The translations under genes and the position numbers were made by a program. Below the pieces are notes generated by a model. It had not been told where the DNA came from. It made no database searches and saw only the letters and a list, made by a program, of their open reading frames with translations. Below, piece by piece: positions 25,374 through 40,008 of a stretch of DNA of 64,000 nt (positions are counted from its first letter, which is position 1; each line of letters starts with the position of its first letter). The DNA lies in the NCBI GenBank assembly GCA_965235115.1, contig OZ249436.1, positions 9,736,001-9,800,000 on the forward strand, written 5' to 3'. This DNA comes from Laetmonice hystrix (lineage: Eukaryota).

Positions 25374-26399
25374 CTGCAAGTACACACATAAAAAAACCTC
25401 ATTAATATTAAAATATCACTTAGTTGCCAACAGCTATGTAAATATAATGATGAAACATTGGATGTTCAATCACGGATAAACCAACAAAGACATGTACACT
25501 TTTATTTTGCATAAAAAGAGTTAGAAATCCCTAGTATTCTAAAGTTATGCCGTATTTGGTCAAAGTTGGCTACTTCTAATTCTTCCTTCAGTTAAAAATA
25601 GACACCTTCTCTGTTAACCTTCTTGCCAACTCCACAGGTCATCAAAAAAATTCATTTACCGTTACCAATTTTGAATTTAGAGTCGATACATTTACTTTCT
25701 AAGTCAGACTCTTCCTATCCTGACCTTTCTTGCACACTTTGATTCCGGTTACCTAGGATTCCCTGCCATTGTTTGGTTTTCCCACAACATGACCTGTTTA
25801 GTTCGACTGAGCAATTTCCACCGATTCTCCTGAGAACAGTTCAAGCTTTCTTTTATCCAAAAGGATAAAATTTCAACCACCAGTAATATCGGTAGACAAA
25901 CATGTCAGTTTAACATTCTGCAGTTGTCAATCTGGCAGGCTATTGACACAACATGATAGCCTCCAGCAAACAGGCCTGGTTGAACTGACTCCCCCAGACT
26001 CGCTGGGTGCTGCGCCCGTCCCACCAGCTGTAGTCCTCCCTACCACGCTCCCTGTCTGGGGCTGCGTTAGGACCCCAGCCAGACCACCCTAACATCATAT
26101 TGATCCCACTTACTAGTGAGCCTATCCAGCACACGCCGCGTTGTGGACTGCTTGGCACCTCTGCAGGGGTGCTACAGTCAGTCATTCTACAAAGGTGGGC
26201 TTGCCATAGATTAGCCACCATACCCCCACCCCCAATAGTGTCTGGCCAGGCCATTACACCGAGATCAATGCCAGGGAGACTTGACACCGCTCTCACAGTG
26301 ACATCACAACTGGCAGACATCTCCTTCCTGACCTGCACACAAGTACACCTGCTACCGGTAGCACAGTCAGTGACTCACAGCCTCCATCCTCCTCCGGTA

Positions 26400-26990
26400 T
26401 CACAGAAACTCCAGTCCTACCGTGCCGGTACGACTGGGTCACAGCAACTCCAGCCTCCTCCAGTACGACTGGGTCACAGCAACTCCAGTCTTACCATGCC
26501 GGTACGACTGGGTCACAGCATCTCCAGTCTTACCGTGCGGGTACGACTGGGTCACAGCATCTCCAGTCTTACCGTGCGGGTACGACTGGGTCACAGCAAC
26601 TCCAGTCTTACTGTGCGGGTACGACTGGGTCACAGCAACTCCAGTCTTACCGTGCCGGTACGACTGGGTCACAGCAACTCCAGTCTTACCGTGCGGGTAC
26701 GACTGGGTCACAGCAACTCCAGCCTCCTCCAGTACGACTGGGTCACAGCAACTCCAGTCTTACCGTGCCGGTACCACTGGGTCACAGCAACTCCAGTCTG
26801 TGCGGGTACGACTGGGTCACAGCAACTCCAGTCTTACCGTGCCGGTACGACTGGGTCACAGCAACTCCAGTCTTACCGTGCCGGTACGACTGGGTCACAG
26901 CAACTCCAGTCTGTGCGGGTACGACTGGGTCACAGCAACTCCAGTCTTACCGTGCGGGTACGACTGGGTCACAGAAACTCCAGTCCTACC
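26400..26990. repeat. Minisatellite, 39-bp unit with shorter variants, ~16 copies
   Basis: gtacgactgggtcacagcaactccagtcttaccgtgc(c/g)g repeated. Confidence 0.95.
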
Positions 26991-27271
26991 CTGCATACTA
27001 AATATTATATCACACTTAGCAATCCCCAAATTTCACGTTGGACGACTAGGAAAGTGAATGGTGTGTTTTCAAAGAACGGATCTTTGGTTAGATATAGACC
27101 ATTATTCCGATTACAGGAAAATAACGGACCCTAGTCATTGCAGGTAGTACATGTAGTTAGGGAATGTTAACAAGGCTGTCATTACTGGAGATAGTTAAGC
27201 CTGTTATTACCGGTAGTCGGGATTGTAGAGAGATATTCATCCAGCAGGCCTCTAAAACTTTCTAATACTGT

Positions 27272-27604
27272 TTTGTAAAAAATACCTCAAAGTTCAAATC
27301 GACATGTGTTCCATATACATGGGTTCTACAATATTTTATACCCGTAAAACCCCTTTCAGAAGAAAGCCACATGGCACAAACATCACTGAGGTTATGGTAC
27401 AGATATTATATGCAGTTTGTTTGTCCATCCACGAGGCGGTACTGTGGGGGACCAAGGGATGCTGTGAAGGCGGTCCCCCTTGGAGAAAGTATAGAACGTT
27501 AATCACCTTTACATGTCTGCTTGTTATATCCACGTTCTTATTGAAAAAACATTCCTTTGATCCAATAAAAAGGAAAATGGAAAGTTGCTGAACATTGCAC
27601 ATCT
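27272..27604. repeat. Dispersed repeat copy B (same orientation as copy A)
   Basis: Aligns with 23510-23857 with a few indels. The minus-strand end TAGATGTG resembles a hAT-type terminus. Confidence 0.85.
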
Positions 27605-27829
27605 AATGCTTTTCGAAATTATGTATTTTTTGCAGTCAAGAAATGTATGGGTCAGGTGTACTGCGCTTCACTAGGGTCTGGCAAGGCAGGTACACAAGTA
27701 GTCGTAGTGTGTGTTGTCACAAAGGCTGCTGATGCCAACATTAACCTGGCAAGCAGTTCTGAGTCAGGAAATTTACCACAAGTCAGACAATCACGGAGAA
27801 CGACTGATGAGTTGGGCTGACTCATCGGC

Positions 27830-28175
27830 TCTCAGACAGTCATACAGCTGCAGTATCCCCGGCAGGAATTACCTGGCCATAGTGCTGTTCAGTCAGGGGC
27901 AGGGCCTCAAATCTCAAACACTCATACAGCTGCAGTATCCCCAGCAGGATTTACCTGGCTATAGTGCTGTTCAGTAAGGGCAGGGCCTCAAATCTCAGAC
28001 ACTGTCCAGCTGCAGTATGCTGGGGATTTACCTGGCTGTAGTGCTGTTCAGTCAGGGCAGGGCCTCAAATCTCAAACACTCATACAGCAGCAGTATCCCC
28101 AGCAGGATTTACCTGGCCATAGTGCTGTTCAGTAAGGGCAGGGCCTCAAATCTCACAGTGCCTCAAATCTCACAG
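27830..28175. repeat. Tandem repeat, ~80-bp unit, ~4 copies
   Basis: catacagctgcagtatcccc..caggatttacctggc..tagtgctgttcagt.agggcagggcctcaaatctc repeated. Confidence 0.9.
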
Positions 28176-30945
28176 TGCTCAGTGAGGAGGGTACGTTGAG
28201 ATACTTATCTCAGAATCAATTCAAGGGCCTGCTTAACCATACTGAATGCACTCCAATATCAATGCGCCGGTAGCTCCTGTCAGGGTGCACCCCTAACTTT
28301 CTAATTTCTTTCATTCTAAAGCTATGACAGCAATAATCATGAAATGTAGAGATTTCAAAATTTAACATGAAGAAATATTTGACTTAACATAACAAAATCA
28401 TAAATATTCCATGACAGACAGCCTGCAAAGATTAAACTAAGAAAGCATGGTTTCATATCAACTGATGTGAGGTTTTCACTTCTTAGACTTAGGTCTTTTT
28501 CTCTTACATTAGTAGCACACTACTAGTGTTAATCGTATCCAACATGCTAACCCTAACACGCGAGTTCACACACTGAAGGCTTAAATTAATGTTTGTGTGA
28601 CCTATGTCTGAACCAGCCCCTACTAACCCAGACATGAGTGTCGTGTTGTCACACAACACGCTATGTATACATGTAAAAAAAATTGATAAATTATATCTTC
28701 ATTTAATCAAACGAAACCACTTCTCTCAATTACAATATTATCAAACTTGGACCAGTAAAACATATACCTAAAGTATTAAAAGTTACCATCAACGTTTGAT
28801 ACAATGTTTCTGGTATCTAGAACTGACACAAGGGACTGTGATTGCATCCAAGAAGCCACAAGGAAACTGTTCCTGCAACTATACCCCCAAACATCAGAGG
28901 CCAGATCATATTGACGTCATTATTCCCATGTCAACGTTTACAAATTTTCTGTTGCTACATGCCCCTCATATGGATTATATCTACCTGTAATACAACCTGA
29001 CAGCCAAAAAATGCACTGCCACTGAAAGAAACCACATTTCTGATTGTAAACGACACTTAGTAAACGTTTCCAGCTTAGTCTACAGTGTAAGTGATTCCAC
29101 TGTTCCTGCCCCGTCTACTGATTGGCATTAGATCAGACGGTAGGGTACCTTGGTTATTTCCCCCTGGTAACTTCCAGACAAAATTTTTGGGTAGGGGTTC
29201 AGGTTAAGGTCAAGGATAGGGATAGGATAGGAATAAGGTCAGGGTTCGGGATCTTTACTTAGAAATACCGAGGGATATACCGGTACCAGACATCCAGGGT
29301 GCATATCCTGCCGGATCTGATCTGCCCCCCACCTCACCATGTCACAGCTGATCACACACAAACTCTAGTTTTGCAATAAGAAATTCATCCAAACCCGTGA
29401 AACACTCCTCACATACCAATAATCAGGCATAATCATAGCCAGCCTTATTTAGGTGTTACCGGTATCCATTATAACAACATCTGAGGTGGAATTTGCTTTC
29501 CATCCCCACCTCTTTGGGGCAAACTCGCATTAATACACATTTTGATGCAAAAACAGCACCGTAGTTCACCCCAGAAAAAAACTGATTCATGATCAGTGAA
29601 CTATTTTTTTAGCCGTGATTTCCAACTTGACTGAATCCACATGCTGCTCCATAATAAATCATTGGTGCTACCCCTGAATATACATACACATGTATCAGAC
29701 AGGATCTTTGACGTAGACGCCCTGCAAGCAATCACTCTGTCCCTCAATGCCATGCCAAACACAGCCCTATCAGACCTGCCTGTCTCAATTATCAGTGGAA
29801 ACATGAGCAATGAGCCCAAACACTACCCTGAGCTGATGAATTCTGACGGGCACTCTCACTGTTCTCCATTGATAATGTGCTATCAGACAAAAATAAACCA
29901 CTTGTACTGAACCACTTCCACTCTCCTTGTAGCAACTGCTCATCTCTTCATACTCCTACAGACAGGAACAATTATTACATTCCCAACACAGCTCTCACAG
30001 CCACACTCAGAACTAAAATTATCCACTGTCATATCAAGACTACGGACCTAAATAATCTTACCCTCATATATAGGGCCAACCTTAAAAATTGTCTGTTCTG
30101 AAGAATCACTCCATATGACTCAAAACTTTGTCGTTGTAAAATGTTTTTGAATGTCTTCCATTTTCATTTTTTTCAGGCATGATTTCACACACTCGCAGAC
30201 ACCTAGATGACCACCATTTCCATTTTTCATGGGTGATCCCTTCCAGCAGGGGGAAAAAAATTGTTCCCCCTCCCAACAAAAAATTCCACCCTGCCTCATC
30301 AGATTTTCTCCAACAGGAACGAACACTTTTTTTTAAAAGCCGTCTAGTCTGGAGTGTCATCAAGAGTTTGGTGTCGGACTGCTCGAGCTGGAACTGTTTG
30401 CCCCTATTTGTTTTTACCAGATACCATGAACACAATTATCATTTCTGAGACCACTCGGGTCATCACAAATCCTCTATTTGAACGTTGTTGACAGCGTCTC
30501 ACACTCACAAACCACAACTCTCCCTCTTGACAACCCCGATTACTAATCTATAACCTTATAATAGGTCCTCTGCCTGGTGTAGGTAGGAGGCCGAGCCAGC
30601 CTCCTCCCAATATACCAGGGGTACCATACAGTGGTTCCAAACTGGGTCAAGCATTCTGGCAGCCAGTGGCTCAGGGCTGTCCTTCCTATAAAATCACATC
30701 CCAAGCTAGAATTGCTCCCCTGGCAAACTGCCCACAAGGGAGTCTCCATTGTGATTTGGTTTGGCTGAAGAGCACAAAGCAGCTGATTCATCCATCAGTA
30801 CCCACATTTCCATTATTGTACATCACCATAATTTACGTGCTCCGTACCCGGGGGAAGAGACCAAACTCGAGGTTGAGTACTACATGTACGATGTACAGCC
30901 CGTATGTGGGTGCCGGTGGTTTGACACGGGCGGCAAGGATCTACT

Positions 30946-30975
30946 TGGTGGTGGTGGTGGTGGTGGTGGTGGTGG
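30946..30975. repeat. (GGT)n microsatellite
   Basis: About 9-10 GGT units. Confidence 0.85.
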
Positions 30976-33900
30976 GGGCGCAGACGGTGGTGGTAGTATT
31001 GGTGACTCTAGTCCCGGAGATACATGCACCACTTACCACCTCATGTCATCCTGTCTCCGGCACAAACAACTTTTACATCCCGCCCCTATCTGACCTGCAA
31101 CCCCCATTACTTCCTGACCCATTTTCTAACACTTTACACACACTCTAGTCAAATACAAGTACCGTTTCTTTTTGAGGTACCCTGTATTCTCGAAAAACCT
31201 CTGGATAAACTAAAATTTCATACAGAGTTTCTTCCAAGGTTGGTTCCAGTTACACACTGATAAAATCACAGTAACTCATTTCAAAATCTATTTCTAAAGA
31301 AGTTGTGAATTCAAGCAAAAACATATGCTTTGACTGACATGTTAGAATTTTGAAAATCAGGCTCTCATTTTCTGATCAGTTACATTTAGCAAAATTTTAA
31401 GTCCTGGCCTCTGATATCTGCACTGGGCAAACCATTTTGTTATAATGATTCCACCAAGATAAGACCCCACTGAAATGTTAATTTTTTCTCAAGCTATCCC
31501 CAGATTTCTTTACAATGCCCAGGGTACCTTGACCCCTGTTTTTGTCCTTTCACACTGTCATCAATTGTTCCTGTTTTTAGATACAGATCAGGTAAATGTT
31601 AATTATAGCACTCCGTATGAAGTGGAGGCGTAGTTCAGCCGAGGACACGTATAAATCCCTCACAGCAGGATGCCGGACTCTATACAGACCACAATGTGAG
31701 AGGGCAACCCAGGTAAATGCAACCTCGGCACCCCTTGTGTCACTCAGGTGTGACAGCAATTCACCAGTGCCTACTGATCAGAGTTCTGACCTAATTACAT
31801 ACCTAAACACAACAACTTATAATGAAGCACCCAGGAATACTTCATAATCATTATTAGTTTCCATGTCATGCACATGGTCTGACGCTCATTAACAACCACT
31901 TGTAACTATTTCCCACTAATTACATACATTTCCAGGCACGTTAATTGGCGTTTCACTCGGAAAACAACTGGGGTAATTTTAATCACATTTCAGTGATGCA
32001 GGCAATCGTGTCGGTTGTATGCTGTCGACTTGGACCACAAGTTGAGAGATTTTGTTTGGGGTCGGCTATTGCTTTATTGACTCTGCACTATTAAACCGGC
32101 AGTAAACCTGCATGGGTGACGGTCACCGTGCAGCATAACCTGCATGCGGTCATCCTCGACCACGACGGCATGCCAACCAATGACCCTGGCAGTGTTCGCC
32201 TTGACAGCCCCACTCCGTGCCCCCATGTCCGCTCCGGTCAGCCTACCCACCTGGAACCACCTTCACAGCCCCGTGCACTGCTGGGGAACCTCCCTCCCTC
32301 CCTCCCTCACCCACTCTCAACCACATTCCATTACAACATGAGTGAATCCACTAAAGGTCAAGTGTAGGGTCAGGTGTAACTGTAAGTAACACCATGATTG
32401 AAACCTTCAGCTAGCACTAGTTCTGATTCTTTAGTAACTTTTAGTTCTGGTTCCTTACCCATCCCTGTACATAGACACCCCTGTATAGACAGATGTCTGG
32501 TAACAACCTCACATGCAGTGCAGTCGGTGATTAATAATACCCGAAGCTAGATTTAGAGTCTGGGACAGCAGATGAAGTTACAATACCCCCAACAACTCAA
32601 TGGTTGGCACGCTTGTTTTGCAACCTCCAGCGATTCCCAATGCTTAAACGACTGGACACTTCCGTCTGCAACTTCCCCACAGAATTCTGAAAGTGACAGC
32701 CGTTTGTTTCATCTTTATCGCGTCCCGTCCACAAAGAAAGCAAACTATGGGCTTGCTATCAGCCATACTCCCCACAGATCTGCAAAAACTCAAGGCAAAC
32801 TCTCAACGTGAAGTTCATCTTCTTGGTCCAGTAATAATATTCTGCGTGTCCTGATAGAGGATACAGACTCCATTAAAAAGTGGCCCAGATTTATCTGAGC
32901 CCAAAACAAACTGCAACATAATATGGGCGGGGCAGGCATGTCACTGCTCCCTAACCTGGCAGGGTTGGTTGGGGCTGCTCTGGTCGCCCTCCAACAGGCT
33001 GCTGCTTCCCAACGAAATGTCCCTCTGGCCGCCCACCCCCGGGGAATCAGCTGCCCCTCTTATCAACCGTATCTCAGTAGGACTTTCAAGTGCAGCGTAC
33101 TTCTCGGTGCAGGCGTGGGGGTGTAAACGGTAACCCTGTATCCTGTCCCGGACCAGTGCCTGATAACCAGGTTAGAAAAGTCCCATCATGATCTCCCTCA
33201 CTCTATGTACATTGTACTCATTTTGTCTTCTGTAACCAACAGGCCTCCGGTTCTACTATCTAACATGTGCTGCTAACGGCATAATGTCGCCAACTTTGTG
33301 CTAGTCTGTGTGTGTCTTCCATGTTTGCTGGGATGTTGAATAATAACTCCGCTAGTGATACGATCGGTCCTCATGTCATTCCAAACCACCATTTTATCAG
33401 CACATCTTGCCAAAATAAACAGTTGTCTGCCATCAAAGTGTGGCAATTTCCAGCCAATATCTACCCACAATTGCTTGATACCATTGCGACCACCAGTCAT
33501 ATTATATGTGGCCACTACTGAAAGTATTTGTCGGGACCTACATAGATTGGTTTATCATGTGAAACAGGACCTCCTAACTTCAGGCCCGAAAACATAACAA
33601 ATTCGTCATAAAGATAACTTGAACAGGACAATAAAACGAAGATTAGTACTGAGGTCTACCACAATCATTTCAGCTGCTATGGTAGCCGACACTTTCAGCA
33701 ACATACATCACATGCTGGAAACTTGGCATCTACAGATACACAGGATACTTTCTTTTCAATGTGATCCAATTTGAAACGGAAATAGTTGACTGTTGACTGG
33801 CTAACAACACTGTGACAACCCATATATGGGCATGGAGGCCTTCAGTTTCCCGGGGGCGGGGCCTAAACTGCATGACTGAAGTCGGCACCCTTTGTACCTG

Positions 33901-35368
33901 GTGACATTACCGGCCGAGTTCCATCAGTTACCCTAGTATCAGTCTGGGATCTAATTTACAAGTCTATACACAGCAGTAACCGCCATGCATGGTGTAATGG
34001 AACCAGCGTGTAAACCAGTCCAGCATTGGACCTTCACATAAAGCCACCTGCAGGAGACTTTTCATAAGGCCAATGATTCGCCAGCACTTTAACTGCCCAG
34101 CCTGCCGACGTCAACTTTCGATCCATGTTGCGTTACATTGGTCTAACTAACTTTTATAGAGGCAATAAAAACTATTGACATTTCCCAGTGCCGGCTATGG
34201 TCAACAATACCGCCGTGCTAAGAGCTGACAACACAGTGACAGGGTTTTACTGGCATACCCTGGACTGAAATAAGCGTATCAGGACCCTCAACAGGTCATC
34301 ACAGTTCAGTCACCTGACCTACACTCTTGATGGCATTTGGTGATTATTCATGGAGCCAGACAATAAAAGGTGAATAAAAGGGATCAAATATCAAGGCAAT
34401 TCAGACCACTCCTCAGAACAAGGACACTTCTTAAGCAAAGTAAAAATGCACTCCAACTGTCTAAGCCCTTCCCAAAATACCTATAAACTTTACCAAGTTC
34501 TTTGGGGGGGGGGGGAAATATTTATAAAATACCGTCACAAATTAAGAAATTTTGGACATTCTAGACAAAGTGACAGACAATTGTGTTGTTCATACAGGCC
34601 AGCAATAAATCACCCAACAATCGACATTCCCCTAAATTCCCAGGTCTAAACCAAAATTCTCTAAATTCTCAGCCTTACAGTCATCCTTCCATCACATATT
34701 TCAATACCTTGCGGATTCATTCTTACACTTCTCCTGGGTGATTTACCATTCATGTCCTGTGACCCAGATTACTAACATGGTTGTTAGGTTACATGTATGT
34801 GTGGTTATGTATTGAACAAGTATTGTGTCTGTACACCACCGTGTGCATCGGTATGTCGACAGTGTCCTGTTCCAAGGTGCTGAAGGCAAATACAGCAAGG
34901 ATCGGTTTTACACTAAACTCGTGATGCAGACAGTGAGGGACGTGACCCCCTGACCTTTGACCAAGTGACCCCCAACTTTATGCTAAATGTCAACAGGACA
35001 TTCTTTTCTCAATCCATTAACAACCTATCTGCCTCAAAATAGGTGTATTATTATGCATGATTAGACATGCCTGAAAGGATTTCAGAAAAACTTTTGTCAT
35101 GCCTTTGCTGCAGTTGGGCAGACCAACAAAGACCAAGCAAAGGTCCAGATCTATTAGTAATACTAATCCAGCCATCGATGTCTGTGCTTATTTTTTTTCA
35201 AAACCTCTTTAAAATTTCAAACAGTCTTTACCCCTTCCTCTTCTTTTGGTCAGTCTTTTCAAAACAGACCTCGGATTTGCTGGTCAATAATTACTTTCTC
35301 TGAAATTACGGTTACCCCATATATCAGCGATTTAACTAAAATTTAGTTGACCAGAATACATAACCAAT

Positions 35369-35587
35369 GGCCGGTTGCAAGAACATTTTGTGAAGTTAAT
35401 CCCAAGAATGGCTTAACTTACTATCTAGCCTAGATTTAAGGTTCTTTTGTGTTTGGCCAGTGAAATAAGGGCCAGTCTCCAAAAAAGAGAAAAAGGCTAG
35501 AAAATTCTGACTTTGTGGGAACTGAAAATATGCCTAACTCCACAGATTGGGTTAATCTCGAGACTAACTATGTCCTTGCAACCGGCC
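35369..35587. mobile_element. MITE with GGCCGGTTGCAAG termini (PIF/Harbinger-ISL2EU-like)
   Basis: ggccggttgcaagaacat ... atgtccttgcaaccggcc, flanked by AT on both sides. Confidence 0.7.
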
Positions 35588-38448
35588 ATAAGTGCCTTAA
35601 GATATCGTTAGCTTAAGATGCGGCAATATCTTTCAAACATAAGTTATACCAGGTGCTCTCATCACCTGCAGTCTGTATTACTAAATGATAATTTTTTGTG
35701 CTAGTCTATTTAGTAAATCGATTTTCATTACTTGAAGTTGAAGTAATGTGGTTATCACAGCACCGTATAATAACTCCAAAAAGTTATGGGGATCATGGAG
35801 GTCCTTTCACTGACCAGGCCAGAACCTAACCTGACCTAACCTAAGTAGGTCATATGATTGACCATGATTTACAACTAAGCACTATACTTGGAACCATATA
35901 TGATACAGACAGCCGGCTACAGCCCGGTGGTAGGTGAGGTGCGCACTGACCAACCACCAGGTGTGACCCGGTCGGCCCCAGCCCCAGAGGTGGACACATT
36001 CCTCTTACTGGGTTTTAAGGTACAGCTGAGGGAACGGCTGGTAGCAGGGAGGTGTCCCGGGTCCGGTTTACACAGTGGCTGCCGGTGATCAGGGAGACTC
36101 AAGACAGGGCCAGGCAACATGAAGAGAAAGCGGAGCTGTTTGGACAGGCATCCACGTAACTGGCCCTGGGCAGGTACGGCTAGCCAAGTTGGTGCTCTTG
36201 CGTGGCACTGTTCACATACCTCAAATAGCTGGCATTCCAGACCTGGTCCAACAATAATACCAGATCCCCCGACCGCCTACAGCCCCATTACATGGAGTCA
36301 ATGAATAAACACCACATTTAAAGCATGAAAGTTTTGAAGTTATGCAATACACTAGATATCTTTGAGCTGAGCACTGTCGACGCTGTAGGTGTGCTAGCTC
36401 ATGAGAAGGAATAGTGGTGGAAAAGGAGAAACAGCTGTTGTCTGGTTACATTGGTTTTATAGGTTTACAAAGATCTGGGATAAAGGGATTCCCTGCCCCC
36501 ACGGGACATGCGACTGCTGTGCAGCACCTCAACATTAATTAGATTACTCCTTTAATCAGCGCATTACTGATTACATTCACCTTTGATCGGTGAACAAAGG
36601 ATAGTCTGGATGTACCGGGGTAACCTTGCTTCTTTTTGTTGGTGTCATTGATTTGGTAAACCAGCACTCTTAATGCATACAGCTGAATTTGAGTCATGAG
36701 GTAACCATCATGGAATGCACAAGGTGGAATGCTTCTAAAAACGTTCTCACAGAAATGACCTTATAAGAGCATACGGTTAGAACGGTTACTCTGTAGAGAT
36801 AACATTTAATCTCAACTTAACAGCAGCAATCATATTTATTGAAGTTTCCAGTGAACACTTTATCTTGGAACTGTAAACCTCTTGTAACATCCTATTCCTT
36901 GCTATGAATTGTCCGAGGTACGTCCCTTGAGGTTCATAAGGTCAGACCTTTGGTCAAGGGGCGATTGGTCCACAGGATCAGAATCATCTGTAGACCATCA
37001 TGTAGACTAGAAACAGGTTGCTTCCTTTATTTCCTATTTCCAAGTTTCATATATCCCGAGAACACTTTCTATCCCTAAATGAAAACCCAATCCTGTCAGG
37101 GTAGCCTGTATTTCTCAGTCCTAAAATAACATATTATAGGCCTGTCTACATTATCCAAAGTTCTACAGAGCAGCGATGTCTTGCTAGTCGGGTGCCTAAT
37201 ACAATTGTTTGATAGTTTATTTACTTTAGGCCAAAGTAAAGTGTTTGGCGATGGTGATACTGGGTCTGTCAAGCAAGGAACCCCAGCTGACCAGTTTGTT
37301 GGGCATGTGGGTCAGGGTTGGGCGTTACTGCAGATATCTCGGGGTGACCCCAACGGTTGGCCCAGTAATAATAACAAGACACACACTGGCTGAGCCAATG
37401 GTAATGACGTTTCTCCCGCTGCTTCCCTATTTCTACACTCCCTAAGAAATACTAAACTGAGTGGGTACTAATATACCAATCAGCTTGCAGACATTTTCCA
37501 GAAACCAGCAAAATTCCTGCCCTTGGGCAGGGGTGAAAAAGAACATCATAAGCTATAATTCAACGAATCAAAAGAATGTTTATGGCCACAGGTAATCCAC
37601 CTCCGAGGAGCTGAGGTTGCTACTTTTGAGTTATATTTGAACATATCAATCAGCAGTTTCTAGGGGGGGGGGGGGAGTGGTGTATATTTCTAATCCCAGG
37701 GAAAGGCTGCAATCCTGACTACTTTTTTCAACAGGTTTTTCTTGTCCTTGACTGTCGACTTTAAGTAACAATCCCAAGGATGTTTCAAGTCTACATACAT
37801 GTCCTACACACGTATTTTAGCTACTGCAGCAACCTGTCAAAAGATCGCCATTCTGTACCGCCTGGGTCTGCTCTACTTCAGGGTGTAGTAATGATGCATT
37901 TTCCAGATCAGTAGTGCTACTTGGGTAAGTAGGCCAAGTGCCCCCTTGTGAACAGGTCACAAATGGGGCATGCATGTGCTGAGGCATCGGGGTTTCTTCA
38001 TGCGCATGATAGTAAGGAAGTCCTGCCACAGTCATGCACACCCAGCCCGCCTCTCCTCATGCTGGGCCCCTCAGTCGTCTCGGTCTACATGGGCCACCTG
38101 CCAGTGTAAGGCCTTGTTCCAGTCACACCAACGACAGGCATGCCAAACCCATCATGATACTTCACACTTAGTGAATGCTATATCAGTCACTTTCTCACAA
38201 CCTATTTCTGAATAGATCTGCAGCCTATTACCCTTTTTAGAAATAATGAAAAGAATATAAATTTATATCATTTGTGCACAATTTTCGCTGATCGAATATA
38301 AATTTGCATTACAAATTGAGAGGGTGCCTTTAATCTATGACCAAACGTTTCAGTGTTCTTCTAACTTCTTAAGCCATGATATTGTATCTTGTTTGTTTAA
38401 TATGTACACAGTTCATAATTCACTCTAAATTTGTTTTTAAATTTGTAC

Positions 38449-38562
38449 CAGGCCCTGCCGTTTAAGGCGCGCAATGGCACCCTTAAATCTGCACAGGGGT
38501 CATTACAAATACCCTGAGCAGCGCCATTTTGGCGCCTGAATTTTTTAATTCGGCAAGGCCTA
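38449..38562. mobile_element. Small hAT-like MITE with 6-bp TSD
   Basis: caggccctgccg ... cggcaaggccta. TTGTAC at 38443-38448 and 38563-38568. Confidence 0.65.
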
Positions 38563-40008
38563 TTGTACTATGGTGTACAATTCCTATCCTGGATTTTTAG
38601 GCAACAGATTTTCATAAGATGCCAGACCAAATTTTCCTTCAACACGCTGACCCTTACCAACTTGACTGTTTCACTTTGTCGTTCAAGAAAATAAGAGCCC
38701 TTTTTCTTGGTCTTTTTAAGTGGACGTTCTGCAGGAGATACATTGAGGGCATTATGGGACACTTGGTGATCAGATTGGTGCTTTAAGTAAACAAGCTTCC
38801 TGTGGACATGTGGATTCTGCTATGGGTGGCACCAGTGCAAAACAAGCACACTGTCTATGCCAACAAGCCTGGGAATGTCTGTAAGGCCAAACATGTGTCT
38901 AAGGTCTCAGCCCTTTACCTATGGTTACTGGGGAATAATAACCTCTGCCCTCCCTACTCATCTCCTGCCAGCTTGAAACACTCAGTATGCCAACCTGCCT
39001 GCACACCTTTAGAAAAAAACAAACCTCACAGAATATTTTATGCTCCTTACACCCATAATCACATATCTACGGGTTTTATTATAAATGTACAAACATTTAA
39101 AACGTTAAATTTCCAAAATAGAATATAACCACTTAAGTTTATTACATAGTTTTTACGAAGAAAATAAATTCCAAAGGAATTAGAACCCGCCTTCTGTAGA
39201 ACTTTAGGGATAACCTACTTGGCTCCTCCCTTAGTTATGCAGCATTCTTTAATCTTCCACTTTTTCTTTTAACATCATACCTTACAAAAACTTGAAAGTG
39301 CTTCTCTATCTTATGAACTGAGCACTTGGAATTTTGGAACCACCTCGGAATAGTTGTATAAGGAAGAATGGCATCAGGAAATGGTTGGTGATTACAGCCA
39401 ACATCCCAGCATTTTAAATTAAATTTTCTATGTTAGCTACCAACAGGATATCATGTCAAAAAACAAGAGGACAAAGCACACCGGAATCCTGTCCAACCCC
39501 AGCTCATGTCATACATTAAATTATATGTCTATTATTATGTGGCACACTGGCCCTTCATGTTCTCAATTCCAGGCTTTAATGAATGCAGAGATCCAACTTG
39601 ACATTCATTATCATGGGGCATTAAGGATAATTGAATACATAATTATCCACAGTCCATATAATCAGGACTATGAACCTCGCCAACAGATGCAGCTTAATCC
39701 TAGAATCACATACTAACTGATAGTGTTATTTTCACTAAATCATCCTCTCATTCCCTAACAACTGGAATATTACTGGATATCAGAACCTGCAGCCAAGATT
39801 TTTCCGACATCAACTGCCAAGAAAACAAAGTATCAGAATCACGCATGGCCAATTTTTCAATTTAGGTGTGCTTCCACTGCTTGCCAGAAATTTGTGCTTG
39901 TCCCAATACTGCATAATCAACACGAATCTTGGTATCACTATCAGAAGAGCCAGACATCTTAACATTCACCCGGGGGCCCCGGTTTACCAAGTAGATCACT
40001 GATCTCAC

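Noticed and set aside
26100..27134. 344-aa and 211-aa ORFs
   Set aside because: Artefacts of the 39-bp tandem repeat.
27804..27829. CTGATGA-containing hairpin as a hammerhead ribozyme
   Set aside because: CTGATGA is itself base-paired in a simple stem and no GAAA core follows.
902..28175. CRISPR-like appearance of several repeat arrays
   Set aside because: The units are head-to-tail without unique spacers, there are no cas genes, and the context is a eukaryotic intron.
29190..29250. Telomere-like TTAGGG variants
   Set aside because: Short and degenerate; more likely the interior of a decayed MITE than an interstitial telomere.
31030..31110. Donor with upstream ATG AGG TG and GC/ETS-like boxes as another first exon
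   Set aside because: Out of frame with the next (28-nt) exon and would require skipping it; no other support.
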